From assembly GCA_963794435.1 (NCBI GenBank), contig CAWCDX010000007.1:86447-150446 (forward strand): a stretch of DNA of 64,000 nucleotides. The letters are read 5' to 3'. The position numbers were made by a program, and so were the translations under genes. The DNA is from an uncultured Actinomycetota bacterium. Its GTDB lineage: Bacteria > Actinomycetota > Actinomycetes > Propionibacteriales > Nocardioidaceae. Shown here one piece after another: positions 57,933 through 64,000 of the stretch. Under the pieces are notes generated by a model. It was not told where the DNA came from, did not search any database, and worked only from the letters and a program-made list of their open reading frames with translations. Numbering within the stretch: the stretch's first letter is position 1; each line of letters begins with the position of its first letter.

Positions 57933-57949
57933 TCACCCTTAACGGGTGA
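57933..57949. promoter_or_regulatory. 17-bp palindrome, putative LuxR(MalT-like) activator site for aqpZ
   Basis: TCACCC-TTAAC-GGGTGA; TAGCCT on the minus strand (57904-57909), 23 nt away. Confidence 0.7.
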
Positions 57950-58307
57950 CCGGTCCTCCGTCGCCGCCGGCATCTGGCCGGCGGTGCGGTGGCACCACCT
58001 TGCGGTCGACCTCGACGAAGAGCCGGTCCAGCGCCCGGAGCGGCAGGTGGGCGTCGTGGCTGCCCAGCGCGTCCAGGGGCTCGGCGCTGGTGATCGACAC
58101 GAGCGTCCCCGTGCCGGAGGGTGCCACGGAGGCCCGAAGCTGGCAGACGTCGTGAGGTGAGTCGGCCACCATCGAGAACATCACGCAGGTGCCGAACCCC
58201 TCCACGCGGTAGACGTGGCCGTTCAGCGGGGGCAGCGCCCTGATCAGCGCCGCGAAGACTGCCTCGGGTCGCGCAGCGGTGAAGTGGTGGTAGTCAGAGC
58301 CAGCCAT
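57939..58307 (-). CDS. Hypothetical protein (122 aa)
   Basis: ATG 58307 with GAAGGA RBS; plausible alpha/beta sequence. Confidence 0.5.
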   Translation of the reverse strand: MAGSDYHHFTAARPEAVFAALIRALPPLNGHVYRVEGFGTCVMFSMVADSPHDVCQLRASVAPSGTGTLVSITSAEPLDALGSHDAHLPLRALDRLFVEVDRKVVPPHRRPDAGGDGGPVTR

Positions 58308-58535
58308 GGAGGTCCTTCCCGGGAACGGCGCGCCGATGCTAGGGCCCGGAGGATGGTCAGGGTGGGCACTCGTCCTCCTCCGTGGACGAGTGCGCTCCTT
58401 GGTATAGGCCGCGCCCGGGCCAAGTCGTGAAAAAGTGTCCCGAAAGGCGCACACTCTCACGGTCACGGGACCGTCTGCCCGATGGTCCCGCACGTCCACG
58501 GGGGTGGCTCGATCAAACGTGCACGCGGGGAATTC

Positions 58536-59081
58536 ATGAGCTGGATGTCCAACCGGATCGCGCGGCTGCGCGGCGTACCCAAGCAAGGCGGTGCGCACGT
58601 GCGGGGTCCGATCGTGCCCGCGCCCCGCTCGGAGACGGTCCTGGGCACCACCCCGCAGCGCTACGACGACTGGTCCGCCGGGGTGCTCGCGCCGGTCGTC
58701 ACCGCGCGCGTGCTCATCAGCGCACGCGACGACGACGTGCGCTACCTGCTCCAGCGCCGCTGCCAGCTCAGCGACCACCTCCAGGTGGTGGCCGAGGCCA
58801 AGGAGCCGATCGGCTCGCTGCGGGCCGCCGCCCGGCTGCGGCCGGACCTGATCGTGGTGCAGGTGCAGAGTGCGAGCGACTCCGAGGTCGAGCTGATCAC
58901 TGCCTTCAAGGAGCTCTCGCCGCAGTCGAAGGTCTTCGCCTACTCCACCCTCCCGGGCGGTGCCGCCGTCTCCGCGGCGATGGCGGCCGGTGCCGACCGC
59001 TACGCCATGGCCGGGACCCCCTTGACCACCCTGACCGCCGAGATCGAGGACCTGGTCACCAGGAGCCGCCCGACCCGCTAG
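58536..59081 (+). CDS. Atypical (pseudo) response-regulator receiver domain protein
   Basis: 'RVLI...VVAEA...A.RLRPDLIVV...AGAD.Y' receiver pattern lacking the conserved Asp and Lys. Confidence 0.65.
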   Translation: MSWMSNRIARLRGVPKQGGAHVRGPIVPAPRSETVLGTTPQRYDDWSAGVLAPVVTARVLISARDDDVRYLLQRRCQLSDHLQVVAEAKEPIGSLRAAARLRPDLIVVQVQSASDSEVELITAFKELSPQSKVFAYSTLPGGAAVSAAMAAGADRYAMAGTPLTTLTAEIEDLVTRSRPTR

Positions 59082-59102
59082 GGCGAGCTCGACACCTGGT
59101 GC

Positions 59103-60911
59103 TCAGCCGAGCTCGCGGTCGAGGTTGATCGCGGCGCTGATCAGGGACAGGTGGGTGAAGGCCTGGGGGAAGTTGCCGAGCTGCTCACCGGTGAGGCCGA
59201 TCTGCTCGGCGTAGAGGCCGAGGTGGTTGGCGTAGGTGAACATCTTCTCCAGGGCCAGCCGGGCGTCGTCGAGGCGGCCCGCGCGGGTGAGCGCCTCGAC
59301 GTACCAGAAGGAGCAGAGCGAGAAGGTGCCCTCGACTCCGTCGACCCCGTCAGGCGACTGGGCCAGGTCGTAACGGAAGACCAGGCTGTCGTAGACCAGC
59401 CGCTCCTCGATGACCGCGAGGGTGGAGAGGAAGCGCGGGTCGCTGGGGGCGAGGAACTTCACCATCGGCATCAGCAGCACCCCGGCGTCGAGGGTGTCCG
59501 CGCCCGCGTGCTGCATGAACGCGCCGACCTCCTCGTCCCAGTGGTCCTCCATGATCCGGTGGTAGATCTCGTCGCGCACCTCCGCCCAGCGCGAGAGCTC
59601 GCCGGGCAGACCGCGCTGCCGGGCGACGCGCATCATCCGCTCGATCGCGACCCAGGACATCAGCAGCGAGGTGGTGTGGTGCCGTGGGTCGTTGCGGATC
59701 TCCCACATGCCGGCGTCCGGCTCGTCCCAGTGCTCCAGCAGCCACTCCAGCGCCCTGGTCAGGTCGCCCCAGGTCTCGGCGCTGATCCCCTTGCCGTACT
59801 TGTTGAACAGGTAGACCGAGTCGATCAGCTCGCCGTAGATGTCGAGCTGGAGCTGCTCGACGGCACCGTTGCCGACCCGGACCGGACGCGAGTCGCGGTA
59901 CCCCGCGAGGTGGGGGAGCTCCCGCTCGTGCGGCACGTTCCCGTCGATGTCGTAGAGCACGCTCAGCGGGCCGAGCTCTCCGGGCGCACCCTTCGCCATG
60001 CGCTCGGAGAGCCAGCGCATGAATCCCGAGGCCTCGTCGGTGAACCCGAGCCGCAGCAGGGCGTAGAGGCTGAAGGCGGCGTCGCGGACCCAGACGTAGC
60101 GGTAGTCCCAGTTGCGCGAGCCACCGATGGCCTCCGGCAGGCTCGTGGTGGGGGAGGCGATGATCGCGCCCGTCGGCTCGTGCGTCAGCAGCTTGAGGGT
60201 GAGCGCGGAGCGGTTCACGGTCTCCCGCCAGCGCCCCTCGTACGTCGACGTGCTGATCCAGCTGCGCCAGAAGTCCGCCGTCCGCTGGAACAGGTCGTCG
60301 CTGTTGCCGTTGTCGGCGTCGGAGAACTCCTGGTCCTCGGTGAGCACCTCGAGGCAGAACAGGGCCTCGGCGCCGTCCTGCTCCAGCTCGACGTCGGCGG
60401 AGACCACCCCGTCGGTCACCTCGAGGTCGGCGGTCGCGGTCAGCCCGAGCCGCAGGCCTCCACCCGTGAGGCACACACCGTGCTCGGTCTGCTCCGTGTC
60501 GGGAGTGACGCGACCGTAGTCGGGGCGCGCTGCCATCGTCATCCGCAGCTGGGTGCGCCCACGCACGGCCACGACGCGACGCACGATCCGCTGCCGGTGG
60601 TGCTCGTCGCCCGCCGCCAGCAGAGGCATGAAGTCGTGGACCTCCGCGACCCCCTCCTCGGTCATCAGCCGGGTGACCAGGATGTTGGAGTCGGGGAAGT
60701 AGAACTGGCTCGTCGTGGCCTTCGCCCCGACCGGCTCCAGCCGCCAGTGGCCGCCCTTCTCGGGGTCCAGGAGCGCCCCGAAGATGCTCGGTGAGTCGAA
60801 CCGCGGGGCGCAGAACCAGTCGATGGTCGTCTCCGAGCCCACCAGGGCGCAGGTGCGGAGGTCGCCGATCAGGCCGTGGTGGGCGATGGGGAGGTAGGAG
60901 GCGTCTGGCAC
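59103..60911 (-). CDS. Glycoside hydrolase family 15 (glucoamylase/trehalase-like)
   Basis: 'RNWDYRYVWVRD', 'QLDIYGE', 'GMWE.R', 'GNFPQAFTH'. Confidence 0.93.
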   Translation of the reverse strand: MPDASYLPIAHHGLIGDLRTCALVGSETTIDWFCAPRFDSPSIFGALLDPEKGGHWRLEPVGAKATTSQFYFPDSNILVTRLMTEEGVAEVHDFMPLLAAGDEHHRQRIVRRVVAVRGRTQLRMTMAARPDYGRVTPDTEQTEHGVCLTGGGLRLGLTATADLEVTDGVVSADVELEQDGAEALFCLEVLTEDQEFSDADNGNSDDLFQRTADFWRSWISTSTYEGRWRETVNRSALTLKLLTHEPTGAIIASPTTSLPEAIGGSRNWDYRYVWVRDAAFSLYALLRLGFTDEASGFMRWLSERMAKGAPGELGPLSVLYDIDGNVPHERELPHLAGYRDSRPVRVGNGAVEQLQLDIYGELIDSVYLFNKYGKGISAETWGDLTRALEWLLEHWDEPDAGMWEIRNDPRHHTTSLLMSWVAIERMMRVARQRGLPGELSRWAEVRDEIYHRIMEDHWDEEVGAFMQHAGADTLDAGVLLMPMVKFLAPSDPRFLSTLAVIEERLVYDSLVFRYDLAQSPDGVDGVEGTFSLCSFWYVEALTRAGRLDDARLALEKMFTYANHLGLYAEQIGLTGEQLGNFPQAFTHLSLISAAINLDRELG

Positions 60912-61035
60912 CCCCGCACCGTAGACGGCTGCGGCGCATCGCGGAGAAGGGAAGCCCCGAGAATGAAACGAATCGCCCGGCTACCTCGCCCGGAGCCGGC
61001 CGCGATAGCGTCGCAGGCCCGGAGGGAGGTCGGCG

Positions 61036-61933
61036 ATGGACGAGGAGCCCGGCGACGGCGTCGTCCCAGTCTTCTTCCTCTCCGACAGCACCGGCATCAG
61101 CGCGGAGACGATGGGCAACGCCCTGCTCATCCAGTTCCCCGACCTGCGCTTCGAGCGGACCCTGATCCCGTTCATCTCCACCGTCGAGGAGGCCCGCCGG
61201 GTGGTGCAGATGCTCGATGGGCTGATGGACGGCCCGGTCGTCCCGCTCGTGTTCACCACGGCTGCGGTCGACGAGGTGCGCCAGGAGCTCGCGAAGACGC
61301 AGGCCCCGATCATCGACTTCTTCGACCTGCACATGTCACAGGGTCGAGGAGGTCCTCGGCGCGCGAGGCATCCACCAGGCAGCTCGTCTGCACGGGATGG
61401 GCGACGTCAAGCGCTACAACAACCGGATGGCCGCCGTCGAGTTCACCATCGAGCACGACGACGGGCAGAGCTCGCGGGCGATGGAGAAGGCCGACGTGAT
61501 CCTGCTGGCGCCGTCGCGCTGCGGCAAGACGCCGACCAGCATGTACCTCGCCCTGCAGCACGGCCTGTTCGTGGCGAACTACCCGCTCGTCGACGAGGAT
61601 CTCGAGCAGCGAGCACCTGCCCGGGCCGGTGCGCGGGTACGCCGAGCGCTGCTTCGGGCTGACCACCACCGTCGACCGGCTCAGCCGGGTGCGCGGCGAG
61701 CGCCGCCCGGGCTCGAGCTACGCCTCGGTCGGAGCAGTGCCGGTGGGAGCTGCGGCGGGCCAAGCAGCTGTACGCCGCCCACCGGGTGCCCGTGGTCGAC
61801 ACCTCGGCCCGGTCGGTGGAGGAGATCTCGACGGTGATCATGCAGACGCTCGTGCGGGGAACAGAGAACCTCGAGCGGCGGGCGGCGACGGTCCCACGGC
61901 GCCCGGACCTACCAGCAGGAGGAGCAACCGTGA
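61036..61933 (+). CDS. ppsR: PEP synthase regulatory kinase/pyrophosphorylase (DUF299), several apparent frameshifts; 3' end approximate
   Basis: '[12 protein letters not shown]', 'EHDDG', '[15 protein letters not shown]', 'SVEEIST'; frame changes near 61341, 61610 and 61731. Confidence 0.85.
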
Positions 61934-64000
61934 ACGACTCCAGCCACAGAGCCCAGCGTCCGGTGGTTCTCCGAGCTCGGCATGGACGACCTCGACCAGG
62001 TCGGGGGCAAGAACGCCTCGCTGGGCGAGATGGTCGCGAACCTGACCGACCTCGGGGTCAGCGTGCCCGACGGGTTCGCCACGACGGCCGCGGCCTTCCA
62101 CCGGTTCATGACCACCGACGGCCTCGACGAGCGGATCGTCGAGCGGCTCGAGGGTCTCGACACCGACGACACCCGCCGCTGGCCGCGGCGGGCAAGGAGA
62201 TCCGCGGCTGGATCGTCGAGCAGGAGTTCCCCGACGGTCTCGAGGACGAGATCCGGGAGGCCTTCGAGAAGCTGGTCGACGAGTTCGACGGGGACGGAAC
62301 AGGGGAGCCGTCGTTCGCCGTACGCTCCTCGGCCACCGCGGAGGACCTGCCCGATGCCTCCTTCGCCGGGCAGCAGGAGACCTTCCTCAACGTGCGCGGC
62401 ATCGACTCGGTCCTGCTCGCGGTGCGCGAGGTCTACGCCTCGCTCTACAACGACCGCGCGATCGCCTACCGCGTGCACCACGGGTTCGAGCACGCCGAGG
62501 TCGGCATCTCCGCAGGGGTGCAGCGGATGGTGCGCTCCGACCTCGCCTCCTCGGGCGTGATGTTCACGATGGACACCGAGTCCGGCTTCGACGACGCGGT
62601 GTTCATCACCTCGGCGTACGGGCTGGGGGAGGGGGTTGTGCAGGGGGCGGTCAACCCCGACGAGTTCTACGTCTACAAGCCTGCGCTGAGGGCGAAGCGG
62701 CCGGCGATCCTCAAGCGAGGCATCGGCAGCAAGGCCACCAAGATGATCTACACCGACGACGCAGAGGTCGGGAAGACCACGGCCTTCGTCGACGTCGACG
62801 CGGCCGACGCTCGGCTGTTCAGCCTCGACTGACTCCGAGGTCGAGGAGCTGGCCCGGCACGCGCTGACCATCGAGGAGCACTACGGCCGGCCGATGGACA
62901 TCGAGTGGGCCAAGGACGGCCTCGACGAGAAGCTCTACGTCCTCCAGGCACGGCCGGAGACGGTGCAGTCGCGCAAGACGGGAGCTCGCTCGAGCGGTTC
63001 AAGATCGACCGGTCGGTGACCAAGGACGCCTCGGTGCGGGTGGAGGGTCGCGCGATCGGCCAGAAGATCGGCGCCGGCGCCGTGCGCATCCTCGGCTCCT
63101 CGGAGGAGATGCACGAGTTCAACGAGGGCGAGGTCCTCGTCGCCGACATGACCGATCCCGACTGGGAGCCGATCATGAAGCGGGCTGCCGCGATCGTCAC
63201 CAACCGCGGCGGCCGCACCTGCCACGCCGCGATCATCGCCCGCGAGCTGGGCATTCCCGCGGTGGTCGGCACCCGGAGCGCCACCAAGGACCTCGCGGAC
63301 GGCGACGAGGTCACGGTGTCCTGCGCGGAGGGTGACACCGGCTTCGTCTACGACGGCCTGCTCGACTTCGACGTCGAGACGACCGAGCTCGACTCGATGC
63401 CCGACATCCCGGTGAAGATCATGATGAACGTCGGTACGCCGGACCAGGCGTTCGCGTTCTCCCGGCTGCCGCACCACGGGGTCGGGCTCGCCCGGCTGGA
63501 GTTCATCATCAACCGGCAGATCGGGATCCACCCGAAGGCGCTGCTGGACATGGCCGCCGGGATCAGAGTTCGACGACGACGACCTCCGCGAGGAGATCGA
63601 GGAGCTGATCGCCGCGTACCCCGGCCCGCGCGAGTTCTTCGTCCAGCGCGTCGCCGAAGGAGTCTCGATGATCGCGGCTGCCTTCGCGCCGGAGCCGGTC
63701 ATCGTGCGGATGAGCGACTTCAAGTCCAACGAGTACGCCAACCTCGTCGCCGGCCCGCGCTACGAGCCCGACGAGGAGAACCCGATGATCGGCTACCGCG
63801 GGGCCTCGCGGTACCTCTCGGAGGAGTTCGTCGACTGCTTCGCGATGGAGTGCGAGGCGCTGCGGCACGTGCGCGACGAGATGGGCCTGACCAACGTCAA
63901 GATCATGATCCCGTTCGTGCGCACCGTCGCCGAGGCCAAGGGCGTCATCGACCTGCTCGGCGAGCACGGCCTGGTCCGCGGCGAGAACGACCTGCAGGTG
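61930..64000 (+). CDS. ppsA: Phosphoenolpyruvate synthase (partial, runs off window; several apparent frameshifts)
   Basis: [45 protein letters not shown], phospho-His [18 protein letters not shown]. Confidence 0.92.

Noticed and set aside
1-64000. Apparent abundance of the palindrome CGTACG
   Set aside because: My rough count of about 25 is near the base-composition expectation of about 20 at ~70% GC
29790-64000. Programmed ribosomal frameshifting or phase variation at the indel sites
   Set aside because: No slippery heptamers or long homopolymers; scattered indels fit sequencing error better

Overview
High-GC actinobacterial chromosomal window (gene content and style suggest Nocardioidaceae; inference). 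No rRNA, tRNA, CRISPR, integrase or transposase was recognised. Layout: (1-20 kb) mixed metabolic genes, including an Rv3168/Rv3169-like plus aldehyde dehydrogenase operon with a KstR-type box and a triplicated 3' gene end, PPK2, an SNF2 helicase and a haloalkane dehalogenase; (20-28.5 kb) a complete kdpFABC-DE locus with an extra upstream peptide and a divergent kinase-less KdpD-like gene; (29.5-43.5 kb) a complete group 1h high-affinity [NiFe]-hydrogenase cluster with a zinc-finger-less HypA and an unexpected isomerase-like/XRE-regulator pair coupled to hypE; (43.7-46.3 kb) a sortase-anchored adhesin; (46.3-59 kb) an island of small membrane proteins around a MalT-like LuxR regulator; (59-64 kb) GH15, ppsR and ppsA. 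The best candidate for an undescribed system is the 46-58 kb island. Five 17-bp palindromes (TCRCCC-N5-NNGYGA, two of them perfect) lie 21-23 nt upstream of seven -10-like hexamers, the classic LuxR activator position, which defines a putative self-contained membrane/ion-homeostasis regulon. Single-base frameshifts in hhyS, sulP, ppsR and ppsA are most likely sequencing or assembly errors. All family assignments come from motif recognition and memory, not from database searches.
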